DNA from: the human T2T-CHM13v2.0 reference genome, Homo sapiens | Direction: 5' to 3' (one strand) | NCBI RefSeq assembly: GCF_009914755.1 | Contig: NC_060939.1 | DNA length: 64,000 nt | In this document: positions 1-15,239 of the stretch, in pieces | Layout: every line of letters starts with the position of its first letter | Numbering within the stretch: position 1 is the first letter of the stretch | The notes under the pieces: generated by a model | Database searches by the model: none | The model's input: only the letters and a program-made list of their open reading frames with translations | Told to the model about the DNA's origin: nothing | Translations under genes and position numbers: made by a program

Positions 1-399
1 ACCCAAAAGGTGAGACTTCAAAAAGTATATGTTAAAAATCTGAAGAAAAAATCTGGTTAGCAGCCCTCTGAGAGAAAAGTAAAAAGTTTAAAGAACCATC
101 CAGGTTTCTAGGAAGACATATAAGGACACTGGCCATGAGAGATATATATACTGTGACATTATCTGAAAGGTCAAAAGAGAAATTTGTGGATGGTTTAAAA
201 AAAAAAAAACAACCTTGAAACAATTCCATAGAGACATTTATGAACACGTTGAAAATATCTAAAACATCTTATAACATGACATTTTTCCCCCTGAATTAAA
301 TACCAAAAATGTACTGTCAGGGGAAGAAAGAATCTAAAAAAAAAAAAAGATAAAAAAAAAGACAAAAGGAAACACAAGGACTAAATAGACACCATGAGT

Positions 400-1110
400 G
401 GTAGGACTAACGGCTGAGTTTCTCCTCTGGTAATGAGGACAGCAAGTAAAGAGGATGTGAGGTTTAGAGGATGTAAGAAGCAGAGAAGTTTAGTTTAGTT
501 TTATTTTGCATTGACCTCTGCTGTACAGGAGAGTGAGGAAACGACTATTCCAAGGGCACTTTCTGAGAAAAACAGTGGGGTAGTAGTAGAGAGCAATCTC
601 CTAGGAGGAAATAATAGAGCAACTTGAGAAATTCCACAGCAATAAATCACCATGGCCAGATGGTATTCAACTGAGAGTTTCTGAAGGAAATAAAGTGTGA
701 AATGGCTGAGCTACAGATGAGGATATGCAATGTATTTGGAAAACAAGCAAGTATTTCCAAATATTGCGATTTTGCTAATATGAAGCTTTTCTTTCAGAAA
801 GAAAAATAATCGAATTAAGATTTTATGGAATTACAGACCAGAGGCTCTCTTGGTGATAATGGAGAAACTGATAGAGTCTAATTAAGAATAGCTTCCTTCA
901 ACATCAGGATAAGGTTAACCTGCTAAGGTCAAATTGCCCACTGAGTCTATAAAGAGAACACTGTTTCTCTCCATCCTATTAAACTTATCTGGAAATGTCA
1001 ATAAAATACTAGATAGAAGTAAACCAGTAAATGTAATTTATTTGGGAATTACATGAAGCTTTAAACAAGGTCACATGAGAGTATTGGGGAAAATAAATAA
1101 GCACAGTCTT
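400..1110 (+). mobile_element. Ancient CR1/L3-clade LINE fragment (RT N-terminal half)
   Basis: Translation with frameshifts gives EEIIEQLEKFHSNKSPWPDGIQLRV/LKEIKCEMAEL...WNYRP...ILDRSKPVNVIYLG, collinear with CR1 RT motifs KSPGPDG, NYRP and VDxxYLD. Confidence 0.85.
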
Positions 1111-1479
1111 TGGAAGGAAAGGCCACAGGAGAAACTTCTGTCATTAACTGTAAAACTTGCTAAGTAATGAAAACAAAGTTTCAGGGACAATTTCTCTTTC
1201 TTTTCTTCCCTACAATGGGGTTACCTCTTCCAGAAGCATAGATCACCTTCAAATTAAAAAAAAGAAAAAATACACAAAAAAGGAATTTCACTGCAGACAA
1301 GAGGCAGCCTAAGAATATGGAAGGGAAGATGAGCTCCCAAACCAAGAAGGAAAGTAGACCAGGAGGCAATGGCATAATAAGCATGCAGCAAGATTTTTAT
1401 GTATCAAATAGAATCGGAAAGCCACACGAGTTTAATTTTCTCATCACTGTGTCTGTGTAAGCATCAAATTTTAATGAAA

Positions 1480-1740
1480 ACTAACAAGTGATAAAGTAAT
1501 AAGACAGTTTTTTTATGTATTTAAATGAGGGCTGTCTCCTTTGAAGTTGTCACCTTTGAATACTATATGCTTATCCAATAGTATATAGCTTATCCAATAG
1601 TTTGATGCCCTGGATCAAACTACTTCTAAAAATTTTTCTATAAAACTGTCTTCAGAGCCAGTTGCATATTGTTTTGAAATTATCTAATGGAGGCAAATCT
1701 TCATCCTTTAAGGGTGGAGCCAGAAGCCATCAAGGAAGAA
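1480..1740 (-). mobile_element. MARNA-like mariner DNA transposon fragment
   Basis: gaagttgtcacctt...cttcagagcc...ggcaaatcttcatcctttaagggtgga resembles the MARNA consensus. It contains a small tandem duplication at about 1564-1600. Confidence 0.65.
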
Positions 1741-2509
1741 TGGAATTTCTCTCCAAAAAGCAAACTTAGTCTACAGCTAAAACAGTTCTACACACTCCAA
1801 TTAACTCTTCTGTCAAAGAAGCAGTATTATACAGGAAAAAAACAAGGGACATGCAGTAGAATCTTGAAGAAATCTACCCATGGGCCTGGGGCAATCTCCT
1901 GGGTCACAATTTGGGAGCTCCAAATGTTAGAAAGTTTCTATGCCACACACGCTAAGACCTGTTTCACTGTATAACTTCCACTTGCTCTTTGAATTGTCCT
2001 CTGAAGCCAAAGAAAGTACCAGTGGACTTTCAAACATTGTGAATTGCTATAAAAATCCTCATTCTCGTTGGCCCAGTAACCTGCTGCCTTTACTTCAGGC
2101 TAAATATATAGCTCCTTTAAATAGCCCTCATATGGTACCACTTGCTTGTCCTTTCATTGTTCTGGTCACTCTCTACTCACCGAATTACATTTGTTTCTGT
2201 GTCCCACTTTTATGCAATCTTTCCCTTTTACAAAAAGCAATTTCTGTTAATTGTAGGAAATATAGAAAAACATAAAAAAGAAAATTTAAGTTTTTCATAT
2301 TATAAAATTTCTGAAGATATGTTGCTAATACATTATCATTTTAGTTTTCAGGATTTTTTCTATGAATGACTTTTGCACAGAATTGAGATCCAATTGTTTA
2401 CAGAATACTGCCTTTTCCTTAAATTACTACAGCCACAACCTTCTTAAATAAAGGTACCTATAACAAAACACAATGTTCCACATTAACTCTGTTAATAGAA
2501 CCCCTTAGA

Positions 2510-2960
2510 TCTCCTTAGCTGCTTTGGCAGCCACAATGTACCACAGACACATATTAAGCATACTGTCATAAAACCTCTATGACTTTTCTCTTCAGTGCTA
2601 TTGTTTAGCAATATCTCTCCCATTTGATTTTACAATGTTGGTTTTAGGGACTGAAATTCAGAACTGTTTATATTTACCTCTATTTTGTTTTACCTCGTCA
2701 TTTTTAGTCCCTAATTCCAATCATTTAATATGAATCTGAATTCTGATTCTATTATTCAAAGTATTAGCTATTTCAATAACAACTGTGTCACTTGCAAATT
2801 TCATCAGCATGCCCTTCAAGTGCTCATTCAAATAGCTGTTTAAAAGAGTGAAAAGTGTTGAATAAAGAAATAATGATATAATACGTCAGTAGGGTCCTTT
2901 TCCCATGTTGATACTGACCTACTATCAACTTCATATTAGGTCCATTTGTTTAAGTAATTA
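2510..2960 (-). mobile_element. CR1/L3 LINE fragment (RT catalytic region)
   Basis: Reverse complement near 2780-2810 reads MLMKFASDT, a decayed LxKFADDT motif, and the flanks resemble L3. Confidence 0.7.
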
Positions 2961-5067
2961 TGGGTTAATTATTAAGTCATTTGTTTTATCTTACCACCCT
3001 TACATACACACATTTTTATAGATATACAGAATATGGTATCTTTCCTAAAGAGATGTGTCTCTGAAAAACTATATAAGGGAATTAAATTACATTTTAAATA
3101 TCAAACAGAATTCAATATTGAAAGGATATCTGTAATGAAAAAATCTGTTCCTAATATGAATAATATTTTGTTAACGCTGTTTTATCTTAGCTGTTACTTT
3201 GGTGTGTAATATTTACGAGTTAGAGTTGCAAAATCAAAACACTGATTGAACAGAAGCTGGATCCTAGAAGATTGTGGATAGAAGACCGAAATCCAGTCTG
3301 TGGGGGAAAAGAACAAGAAAAAAATTCATTTGTTAATGTGGATCTGGATCTTGCAGTAAGTTAACCTTGCTAATTTGTTTGTAAAGGCTGAATTTAAAAA
3401 GAAATCATCAAAAATGATATTGACCTGTTCAAATATATGTTAAGTGAACCTTAAAGTTTTCCAGTGAAAGTAAATTGAATGAAGGGGAAAAAGGACAGAA
3501 GCAGTTTGAAGTCATGTGAATGCTAATGAAGGAGGGACACAGAAATAATAATTGCACACTATCAGCAGCATTTTCTTTTCCTGACTGGAGTTTATTATTT
3601 GTTAATGCATTCATTGCTACTCAGTTTATAAAGTACCTATGGTTATTTACCTGAAAGATAAATAGGCAACTTGTACTTTAACTTTTTTTTTGCCACTTGA
3701 TATGTTAAACAACCTTCATACTGAAAAAAAAAAAAAATGCAATTATTGAAGCACAGCTGAATGGCCCCAGAGCACACAGGCTCCATTAAATTTGCTTACA
3801 TCTAATGACTCCTGCCCAAGGCAGGTGAGAAATTTATTCTGATAAGATCTTTTCTTTATCCTGTAGCCAAAAAAAAAAAATGAAATAAAACCAGTGATTT
3901 TTAATCTAATCATGATCTAAAACTATTTGTGGTATTTGTTCTTTAAGACCCTATAAAGCTGGGCTTTGTGCAATAACCATTATAATTATGTTTTCAACTG
4001 CTTAATACAAACATTTCTTTCCAGAAAAATTAGTGTAAGTCATCATCAATGTCAACTATAAATGCATTTCCTGTAATTTTCAAGTTAAATGTTTTAAGGT
4101 CAGTTAAAAAAATTATTATTTAGAAATTGTGACACTGCTCCAGTTTCCTAAAACCCATAGCTGTATCTTATCTGAAATATCTTTAATGTGACAATGCAAA
4201 TAAAAATGTGAAATTACAAGTACAGTATAGGAAGCCAAAAGACCCAAGATTTACCCAGTTTAGACAGTGGCTTTTATGAGCCTGTCAAAAACAAAAACAA
4301 AAACAAAACCTCCTACTTCCAGTTCCATTGAAAACCATAGACTTTATTTTTCTTGCCTATATTCCATCTGTTGTGTGAAAAACTCTCAATAATTTTTAAA
4401 GGTGGAGAAAAGAAAGAGAGGTAACTGAATTTATGTTGCAGCACAGTTATATAACACCCAAGATTCTTCTTTGTCAAACAGAAAAAGCGGCAAACGAAGG
4501 ATATGAAAAAAGCTTAACCAATGAATTCACTTGTTCACATACGTCAAAAGTCATTCATAATTACCCCTATACCTATCTAGCAGTAATAATGTGTGTAATA
4601 TGTTAAACTGTTCAAGAAACTTTTGTACCTATGGCCCCATTTTAGTAGTAAATCTTTAGGATAAGTAGTAAAACAATGGTTTTACTGATAAAAGGGAGGT
4701 TATGAAAATGGAGGCTCTGGGGTGAAGTGAATTCTCCAGGTTGCAAGGTTAACGAGTGATTAAATCAGGAAAAAAAATGTACAGATTTTGACTTTGAGTC
4801 CAGTACTCTTTCCTGAAAATCAAGTTAAGCCATAATCAAATAAAGAAGTGCTCCTTAAGCTAAGGCACATAAACAGCAGGGTGCCAGAGGCTATAAAGAC
4901 CCAAATTAACTAGGTATACTTTCCTGGAACAACAATTTTGTTACAAGAATTAGAGAAAAAAATCCATAAGAAAGGAATCCATAAGAAAGAAATATAATGG
5001 GGACAAGCATGTTGATGTTAGACATAAATTGAAAAGTCTAAGGAGAAATGACAGTTAATTATCATAA

Positions 5068-5444
<377 letters not shown>

Positions 5445-6131
5445 ATGTAATGCTATAAAGGTGGATGAAGAAAATATGGATAAGAGTCTTCCAGATAAAC
5501 ATAAAGCGTAGAGGTATATGAAATTAGAGGAATATAAAAGAAGAAAAAAATCTATATGATGTTTAAAATGGGTAAAAATGTGAACTATTTCATGGAAGAG
5601 TACATTATTGCTTTACACTCCTGAAAGAGGTGCTAGTCTTCCTCTTTGGTAGTGTTTGCTGCAGTGGGTTTTCTGTCATCATTCACTATCCTCCTGGATA
5701 CGTTTTTTAGATTCACATCTGTAATAGAGTTCTTAGCCATGCACAGTTCCTACCAGAAATTAACCCAATGAGCACAACCAGAAAAAGAAAGAAGAGCTTT
5801 ATTATGGCAGTTGGGATGACAGAAATATCAAACTGAAAGCATTTCCTACATCCCAGGGAGGGCAGAAACAGGTATATTCATAGAAAACAGAATTATCAAC
5901 AACAAAAAAATACACACATAAGACAAACAAAGAAGTTTTCAGGCAAATTACTTACAAAAGGGGAAAACTCAAATTATCCATCAATGTGTTAGCTTTCTTA
6001 TGTTAACACAAAAGAAAGATAATTGGGGCTGAGAGGAAGAAATGAAAATATATACAATTCTTGAGAAAGGTACTGAAGACATATTCCACCTGAATGAATT
6101 AAGAAGAAAATAAAGGGTTCAATAGGAAAGT

Positions 6132-6366
6132 CATATTGAGTACACATGGACACAAAGAGGGGAACAATAGAAACTGAGGCCTACTTGAGGGTGGAGGTTA
6201 GGAGGACGGTGAGGGTCAAAAAACTGTCAGGTACTGAGCTCACTATCTGGGCGTAAATGACTAATGACTAAATCATTTAAACACCAAACCCAAGTGACAT
6301 GAAATTTACCCATGTAACAAACCTGCACATGTACCCACTAAACCTAAAATAAAAGTTGAAAAAAAA
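6132..6366 (+). mobile_element. L1 3' end (old L1PA/L1PB type)
   Basis: tacacatggacacaaagagggaacaatag...catgtaacaaacctgcacatgtaccc...aaaataaaagttgaaaaaaaa. Confidence 0.85.
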
Positions 6367-6823
6367 GAATAGGGAAGTTGTGACATAGTGGTAAATGCCA
6401 AAACCCAGTCACATATATAATTGTGTCAAAGAAGTTTTGCAAATCAAAGTATTAAATACAAATGTCAAATTCATTGTTTAAAGAGAAGCAATATATATAA
6501 CTAATAGTATTTAACTGTAAAGTCAGTAATAATATGGGTTCAAACTTCACAAATCAGAAAAGGTAGAAAAATGGATTGGAAAAATTAAAGGATGATAGCA
6601 ATTGATATACACACCAACAAGTATAGGCAAGGATACAAACTTGCTTTCGTTTGTTAGAATAAACAAAAACTTAACTTTATGAAGATAGCTTTTCAAAGCA
6701 GGAGAAGTAGTGGCATTCTCTTAGCAGAAAGCCAAGACTCCAGGCCTTAAAATTCCCTTGAAGACATCTGGCTAATAATGAAACTGCAGAGTTATAGTAA
6801 AAATCCCGTTGAGTCTCTCTACA

Positions 6824-7025
6824 CTGGGGTTGGCAAGTATGTTCCATAAAAGGTAAATATTTTAGGTTTTGTAGGCAAAATTGGTTCTTTCACAATTACT
6901 AAATTCTTCCATTGTAGCATGAAAACAGCCATAGACAATAATAAATATACATGTTGTGTTCCTATAAAACTCTATTTCCATATATAGGCAGTGAATCAGA
7001 TTTCACCCTAGTTTAATGACTTCTG
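6824..7025. mobile_element. MER58A (hAT-Charlie)
   Basis: ggggttggcaa...aaatattttaggttttgtaggc...ccattgtagcatgaaaacagccatagacaata. Confidence 0.8.
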
Positions 7026-7033
7026 CACTAGAT

Positions 7034-7216
7034 CAGTAGTTCTCTTCCTTGGATTCATATTAAAATCAATTAATATTGAAGCTCTAAAAAACTGCATGTA
7101 TCTGGGTCCCATCCCCAGATATTCTAATTTAATTAGTCTGGAGTGCAGTTTGGTCACTGGGATGTTTAAAAGCTCAACAGGCTACAATGATGTGCAGCCA
7201 CAGTTGAAAACCATTG
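7034..7216. mobile_element. MER5A
   Basis: cagtagttctc...ccccagatattctaatttaattagtctggagtg...gtgcagccacagttgaaaaccattg. Confidence 0.8.
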
Positions 7217-8089
7217 TTCTAAGAACTTGATTTGGGCCCTTAATATATGTGTCTGTGGAAGAGAAAAGAGAAGGGAGGTAGAGATATCTTTATGTGGTTG
7301 TGACATTCCCAAATGTACTGTACAAGGCTGCCCTCTACAATATATAAATCAACTGTCAGGGTACCAAAGCATCTTGCCGTGAAAATGTTTATATCCATCT
7401 CTACTATCAGCTTATAAACTAGTACAAATCAGACTCAAAACAGCAGATACATTTCTGAAAAAAATACAGCAGGCCAGTTTGAGTCAAAGGTCAGTCGTTT
7501 CTATCTCTGGGAGGTAAGGATACCTAATACGACTAGGTCTCTGGTCCACTTATAGGCCTAGTCTCTTCAATTCCTTATATTGATTAGGAAGTGATAAAAA
7601 GGGACTATTACAACTTTGATGTTGATATTTTAAAAATCATAATTTAAAGAACACCTTTGAAAAGATTAAAGCTAATTATTAATAGAATGCATTACTGCCA
7701 AAACAACAGAGGGCACTAAAATATTCCATATAGCAAAAGGTAGAAAATAAAGGGAAAAGCAGTAAAACAAAAAATTGATGACATAAAATGAATAAAATAA
7801 GTAGAAAAATTAAGAAATAATTAATTGATTATATCAGTAAAAACAGTTAAACTTTTTAAGACAAAGATTGGGTCAATAATAAAATCCAATGTTACGCCAA
7901 TTATAAAATGCATCTAAAAGTATATGCACGCACACACACATAGAAAAGTGAAAATGAAAGAACAGGCAACAATGTATCAGGCAAATGTAAAGAAAGGTTG
8001 CAGTGGTCCTATCATTAACATCAAAACAAAATTCAAAGCAATAAAGATGAAAAAATATATAATTAAGAAACATAAATTACTACTAAGGC

Positions 8090-8402
<313 letters not shown>

Positions 8403-8530
8403 CACTAATGAGTTTTGGTGAGTTAAGTAATACTGTATTGTTAGAAATAAAGTAAAAAACTTCCTTCCCCAGTAGAATGGTCGATTATCTACACGACCCT
8501 TCCACAAAAATACACCTGGGTGCTGCATAA

Positions 8531-8728
8531 CATTAAATCAAGTTTAGTCTAAAGCTGCCTCCTTACATATTTTAAGTTTGACCTAAAGGTATCTCTGTAC
8601 ATCGTGAAATACAACAAGTAGAGGTGTAAACACACCATAGCCTACACGTGACAATTACTGAGTTTTGGACAATCAAATGTAGACAACTGTTCGAATGGCT
8701 TCAAAAAAGGCAAACATTGAGCAGTAAT
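8531..8728 (+). mobile_element. MER57-type ERV1 LTR, 5' half only
   Basis: ttaaatcaagtttagtctaaagctgcctccttacatattttaagtttgacctaaagg matches the MER57 start. It is interrupted at 8729 by the MER61 provirus. Confidence 0.8.
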
Positions 8729-9318
8729 TGATAGATGCAGGAGGCAGAAAAGGGAACCTGCACAGGGTTTTGCCTGGGCATGCCTGCAACAGACTGGGGG
8801 TCTGCATGAGCACTGGGAGAATGGGGTAAAGCCACCAGGAATTCATGCCTTATGCAGGGGGAGGAGTCAGGCCTCTTCAGCTCATGTGTGGTGGCCTGGT
8901 ATTCAATCTGTGATGTGGGTGCATGTTGGCAGGACCCCCTCTTTCTTTTCTGAGAGCATTCTTTTTGCCTAATAAATCTGTCCTCCTCACCCTTCCATGT
9001 GTCTGTATGCCTAATTTTTCTTGGTTGTGAGACAAGAACCCAGATTTTTAGCTGAAGGAGCAAAAAATCTTGCATCATTTTGGTGGTCCATACGGGCATA
9101 TGAGGAGGGGTGAGTAAAATGTGGACCAAAAAATCTCTTTTCCTTTTGTTTCTGAGCCTTCTTGTCCTTGGACTTCTTCTGAGGGTAGAGGAAACTGTGG
9201 TCCCTTCTTCGCTCTCGGGGTTTGGGAATGTCAGCCTTGGTCCAAACCAGCCTTTTCTATGGCATTTTCCTTCTTTTTTTTGGGACCGTAATGGCACCTA
9301 TCTTTTCTTTTACTATAG

Positions 9319-9881
<563 letters not shown>

Positions 9882-9934
9882 TCACTGCACTCCAGCCTGG
9901 GTGACAGAAAGAGACTCCATCTCATAAAAGAAAA
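9882..9934 (+). mobile_element. Severely 5'-truncated Alu 3' end
   Basis: cactgcactccagcctgggtgacagaaagagactccatctca plus an A-rich tail. Confidence 0.85.
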
Positions 9935-11600
9935 AGTTTCTCTCCTGTTGGAGAAATCCATTTGCATAAGAATAAGAGGTTTCTTGCTCAGGCACCTTTT
10001 TCTTTCCTCCACCCTGTCAGCAGTGAATACAGCTTTGCATTTAAGTTTTTTTTGTTTTTCTCCATCCTGTCTCAGTTAAGACAGCCCTGCCTTTAAGTTT
10101 TTTTTTTTTTTCTTTTCTCCACCAGGTCAGGAGTTAAGTTTTATGCAAGAGGCTTTTTTTTCTCCCCCTTTTAGAGGACATTTTACTAGGCCAGGACACC
10201 CTTTTCTCTCCCTTGTTGGAGGACTCAATTCCACAGCTTCTCCTTAGCATTTGGCTTATGATAAGGAGTCCATGCAACCCCCGAGACACATTTTTGTCCC
10301 AAACTCAATTCCAAGTTTTGGAGCTCGAAGGCTACTAACAGCAGGGGAGACAGGGTGTACGTGGGTAACAGCAGATAATCCCACTCCCTAGGCACCCATG
10401 TTTACATGGGTGAAAGCCACTTTGACGCCCATGGTGGCACCCTGTCACAGTTGCTGGGCCTCAGGGATACTCAGACGAAAGAAAGAGGGATGCCTCACTT
10501 TCTCTCCCTCACATATCCACGGTATTCACTAGGAAGAAAATGGAACCAGGAACGCCTCGCTCCCCTCTTTCTAGATGAGTAGCCATTCATCTTCATTGTG
10601 AACCTCTTTTGAATGCACCCTGAGTCCTGGGGCTCCTTTGAAAAAAATGTCTTCTTTTTCCTTTTTCCTCCTCTGTCCTTTCTTCACAGATGAGTAATTG
10701 GGTCCCCCTACAGGACAGTCCTCTTGGATGTATGCTCCAAACTGGGAGAAGTTAATTTCCCAAACCTTAAACTGGTTGGCTTGGGACTGAGCTTGGAGGA
10801 AGGGAACCCCGGAGCCTGACATGCAGGCAAAAGAGTAAACTTTTTTCTTACCAGTTGGGCTTTTGGCCTCCCTCTCCTGGTGCAAACCGGTAAAGGGAAT
10901 GGTAAGGATCACTGTTTATATTTTCTGTAAAGTTTTAATTATGAAAAAGGATTTGTGAGGCTGGTCTTAAGCTATAGCCAAACTGGTGTGCTCTGCATGT
11001 CACTCTGCATGGTTCTGTCAGAAAGAGGGGTACCTTAGGATGAGATACAGGCCTAGTACTCCACAGGCCTGTTGTTCAACCCAGGCCAGCAAACCAGTCA
11101 GTGGCAAACTTTGCTGCAGGCCTCTATCTTGTTTTATGTCCTTGGAAGCATGACCTGTAACCATGTGGCAGTGCTTTGTTCTAGCCTCTGCCATTTTACA
11201 ATGGCAGCCTAGGTTCAGTCCTGGCTTAGGGAATGAGTTCTTTCTGGTTTGATATTTGCATGACCTTTACCATTTGTTGATTCTCTTCCCCTCCACAAAT
11301 CACCTTGAATTTTCCTTCCTCTGAGTCCCTGGGAGGTTACCTTGGTAAAATTTGAAAGCCAAAATACTGGCCACTTGGCATGGTTAAAGTTGGATAATAA
11401 GGGATTTAAATGGATTTTCATAAACAGCGCTGAGCTAAATTAAAAATGGATACCCAAGTCATAGGTATATTTAAAGACCTTTATATTTTTCTCTTCTTGT
11501 ATCTCGTTTTTCTGGAAAAAGTTTTTTTCTCAGTTGACTAAATTCTTTTCTCCATTTTGTCTTGCCACCCTTAATACACACATGAGAGGCCCTAAGATCA

Positions 11601-11708
11601 TTTCTTTTCTTTCTTTTTTTGAGATGGAGTCTCTCTCTTTCGTCCAGGCTGGAGTGCAGTGGTGCGATCTCAGCTTACTGCAACCTCCATGTCCCTGGTT
11701 CAAGCGAT
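11601..11708 (-). mobile_element. Truncated Alu right-arm fragment
   Basis: T-rich tail plus gagatggagtct...caagcgat, inside the ERV internal region. Confidence 0.88.
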
Positions 11709-14111
11709 GGCCTGTGATTACTTGGGAAAAACAGAAAAGGTGCCAAGGATTCCATTTTGGGAGAAGCCTCCGTTTTCCTCGTGGAGCCCCAGGAATTAGA
11801 GGCGGATGAATCTTTCTCAAAATTTGTTTTTGTCTTCCAGCTTTACCTGTTTATTAGGTCCTAGAAACTGCATGCTTTCCTAGCCCTACTCTTAAAGGGC
11901 CCCATTTGGAGGCCAATAGCCCAGTTAGGAGATTGGCAAACAGAATATCCTATAACTATTGGATCTGCTTCTGTTTGTCTGTGTGGTTATATATATGTTG
12001 TGTGTGATGTCTACAAAAAGAGAGCTCTTATTAATTGGCCTAAAGGAAAATAAGCACCTAGATCAAATATTTTTTAAAGGGAAGATAAAAAGTGTGGTGC
12101 CCCTTTTAGTTCATGTGACTTTAGTCTTTGAGAAACGGAAACAGCCTTGGAGATTACTGGTAAAATGCAAATGCCATCAAAATGTAATTTTTTACCTGGG
12201 TTTATAGGATTATTTTAAATTAGGTAAAATAAAGCCAAAGGTTTAAACAAGTTGTGGAAGGTTTCTAAAAATTAATCTTGCAAAAGAAATTCTGTGTGTG
12301 AACACTGACTAGATTCAAAAGGGTATTATATGGTTTTTCTGTAAATTGAGCATTGAAATAAAAGCACAACAAAGTTTTCCTAAGGTACTAATCTGCTTTT
12401 TAGCAAAATTTATAAAGAGTTATAAAAGGTTTATGACGATCTCACCTCACGGTCAAACTGGTTAAGACTGGATAGAATTGTCTTTAAGATTTCATTAGAA
12501 AATTAGGGTTGATATTAATAGCTGAAATGTTGATGAATATCAAACAGAACACGAGTTAATGGAATGGACCGAACTAATGAAAAACTGAGTAAGCTTTTTA
12601 AACTTTTCTTTAAAACACTGCTGATACTTATTTTGTTTTCAGAGTCAAGGCAACTTATTTTGAGCTATTTATAGCCTTTAATAGAGTGGGGTATACTCCT
12701 GTGAACAAAATTTGGAGCATATTTGTTTCTCTCTGCCTGGCTTCTCTAGTATTTGGACACTGTCAGCATTCTTAACTTATGACAATATGGTTATTTGCAT
12801 CAGTGCAATAAGAATCCATTTTCTCTTGCAACAGGATGCAATCGGAGAAACTGGTTGTTTTATCAAGGCTTTGACTGGAAGGGTATGCTTCCTTTTAAGG
12901 AATCAAGCTCAACTTGCAGATCCAATAAAAACCGCTTGGGAAAACTGTCTATAGTAGATACCCTGTCTACATAGTCCCTGTACAAAGTTCCTAACCTGTG
13001 GTGAGTAAAGAATGTCACTTTCTAACAGGTCCAGGAGCCCATGTTCTTGGGACCTCAAGAAGAGAGGAGTTCACCCAACTCATAGTCATTAAAGTGTACA
13101 AACCCATGGCAGGGCTTGGCTTTAAAAAAGGAAAAAAAAAAAAGTCCTATCTGAGATTCCTTGTGGAATAGAGTTCCATCAAATCCAATTTAAAAAGCCC
13201 ATGTAGAAATAATTATTCTTTGCTCCACATTACGCAAATAATCAAGCCAAGTATGAGACTAAAGTTATTTTGCAAACAACTCAATCCTATTATGCTTTGT
13301 TTTTAACAAAAATGAGGACTGGAGAGAAATTATGTTTCAAAACTTACATATTTATCATTAAATTCCAGACTGATTAGTTGTTTTTTAAGTTCTTGCCTAC
13401 ATTTTAGGCTTACACTGCTTATTCCTGTGAACCAACCAGCAATCTCTGGCTGCAGCTCAGAAGGAACAAAAGGGATGGGTAATGTAAAAATCTGGTTCAA
13501 TATTTTAATTCTGAGCAATTATCCTGAAAATCCTGCCAGGTGATGGGAGTAAATAAGGTGCCCATAACCTGGAGGTTTCCTTTTTGGGAAAATAAGACAA
13601 AGAGGGCTAACCAAAGCCAAGCCCCATGCACCCAAATCTTAGCAACCCTGACTATAGTCACCAGTTATCTAGGCATGTCAACAGCCTTGGGATTTAAAAA
13701 CTGTCCTTACCCACCCCTTTTTGTTTCGTTTTGACATGTTTTCTAATAACCAGGTTTGTCTCCTCTTGCCTTCAGGCCATCGAACTCCAAACAGTCATGC
13801 AACTGGAGCCTCAAACAATGGCCCCCTTTAAGCGGGGAACCTTAAATAGGCCTCTGAGGGAGATCTGATTCTGTCTTCCCAAAACAGTACCCCCTCTGTC
13901 AGCAGTATGCAGTAAAGATCAGTCTTTATCCTTATCCCTATCCTTATCCTAATGGCAGTTATATGTCCTTCTTTAGAAGGGGGAATGATAGAGGCAGGAG
14001 GCAGATAAGGGAACCCGCACAGGGTCTTGCCTGGGCATGCCTGCAACAGACTGGGGGTCTGCATGATCACTGGGAGAATGGGGAGGAGCCACCAGGAATA
14101 TGTGCCTTATG

Positions 14112-15163
14112 CACCAAAAGCAATGGCAACAAAAGCCAACATTGACAAATGGGATCTAATTAAACTAAAGAGCTTCTGCACAGCAAAAGAAACTATCATG
14201 AGAGTGAACAGGCAACCTACAGACTGGGAGAAAATTTTTGCAATCTATCCATCTGACAAAGGACAAATATCCAGAATCTACAAGGAACTTAAACAAATTT
14301 ACAAGAAAAAACAAACAACCCAATCAAAAAGTGGGTGAAGGATATGAACAGACACTTCTCAAAAGAAGACATTTATGCAGCCAACAAACATATATATGAA
14401 AAAAAGCTCATCATCACTGGTCATTAGAGAAATGCAAATCAAAACCACAATGAGATACCATCTCATGCCAGTTAGAATGGTGATCTTTAAAAAGTCAGCA
14501 ATCAACAGTTGCTGGAGAGGATGTGGAGAAATAAGAATGCTTTTACACTGTTGGTGGGAGTGTAAATTAGTTCAACCATGGTGGAAGACAATGTGGCAAT
14601 TCCTCAAGGATCTAGAACCAGAAATACCATTTGACCCAGCAATCCCATTACTAGGTATATACCCAAAGGCTTATAAATCATTCTACTATAAAGACACATG
14701 CACATGTATGTTTACTGCAGCACTATTCACAGTAACAAAGACTTGGAATCAATCCTAATGTCCATCAAAGATAGACTGGATAAAGAAAATGTGGCACATA
14801 TATAGCATGGAGTACTATGCAGCCATAAAAAAGGATGAGTTCGTCGCCTTTGCAGGGACATGGATGAAGCTGGAAACCATCATTCTCAGCAAACTAACAC
14901 AGCAACAGAAAATCAAATACCACATGTTCTCACTCGTAAGTGGGAGTTGAACAATGAGAACACTTGGATACAGGGAGGGGAACATCACACACCAGGCCCT
15001 GCTGGCGGGTGGGGGGTTAGGGGAGGGATAGCATTAGGAGAAATATCTAATGTAGATGATGGGTTGATGGGTGCAGCAAACCACCATGGTACATGTATAC
15101 CTATTTAATAAACCTGCATGTTCTGCACGTGTATCCCAGAACTTAAAGTATAATAAAAAAAAA
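14112..15163 (+). mobile_element. 5'-truncated L1PA (about L1PA6-7): ORF2 C-terminus and 3' UTR
   Basis: ORF2 pieces ([25 protein letters not shown]; CWRGCGE...[13 protein letters not shown]), the L1PA 3' UTR and a poly-A tail. Confidence 0.95.
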
Positions 15164-15239
15164 TGATGAGCTCATATATGTATGTGTGTGTGTATACATA
15201 TATATACAAACACAGTGGGAGAAGGACAGAACCAGGAAA

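Noticed and set aside
3240-3620. Possible CR1 3'-end remnant (NDIDLFKYM-like)
   Set aside because: Similarity is too weak to support by eye and needs an HMM search.
4961-4989. Short tandem duplications (also about 1564, 22344, 42742 and 60099)
   Set aside because: Ordinary slippage events of 11-30 bp. They have no spacer-repeat or CRISPR-like architecture.
8701-9297. 198-aa minus-strand ORF
   Set aside because: Antisense read through the MER61 LTR and leader, with no protein-like motifs.
14027-14758. Apparent LTR-L1 ORF2 fusion ORFs
   Set aside because: A non-ATG or chance start runs into a frameshifted ORF2 C-terminal fragment that lacks the EN and RT domains.
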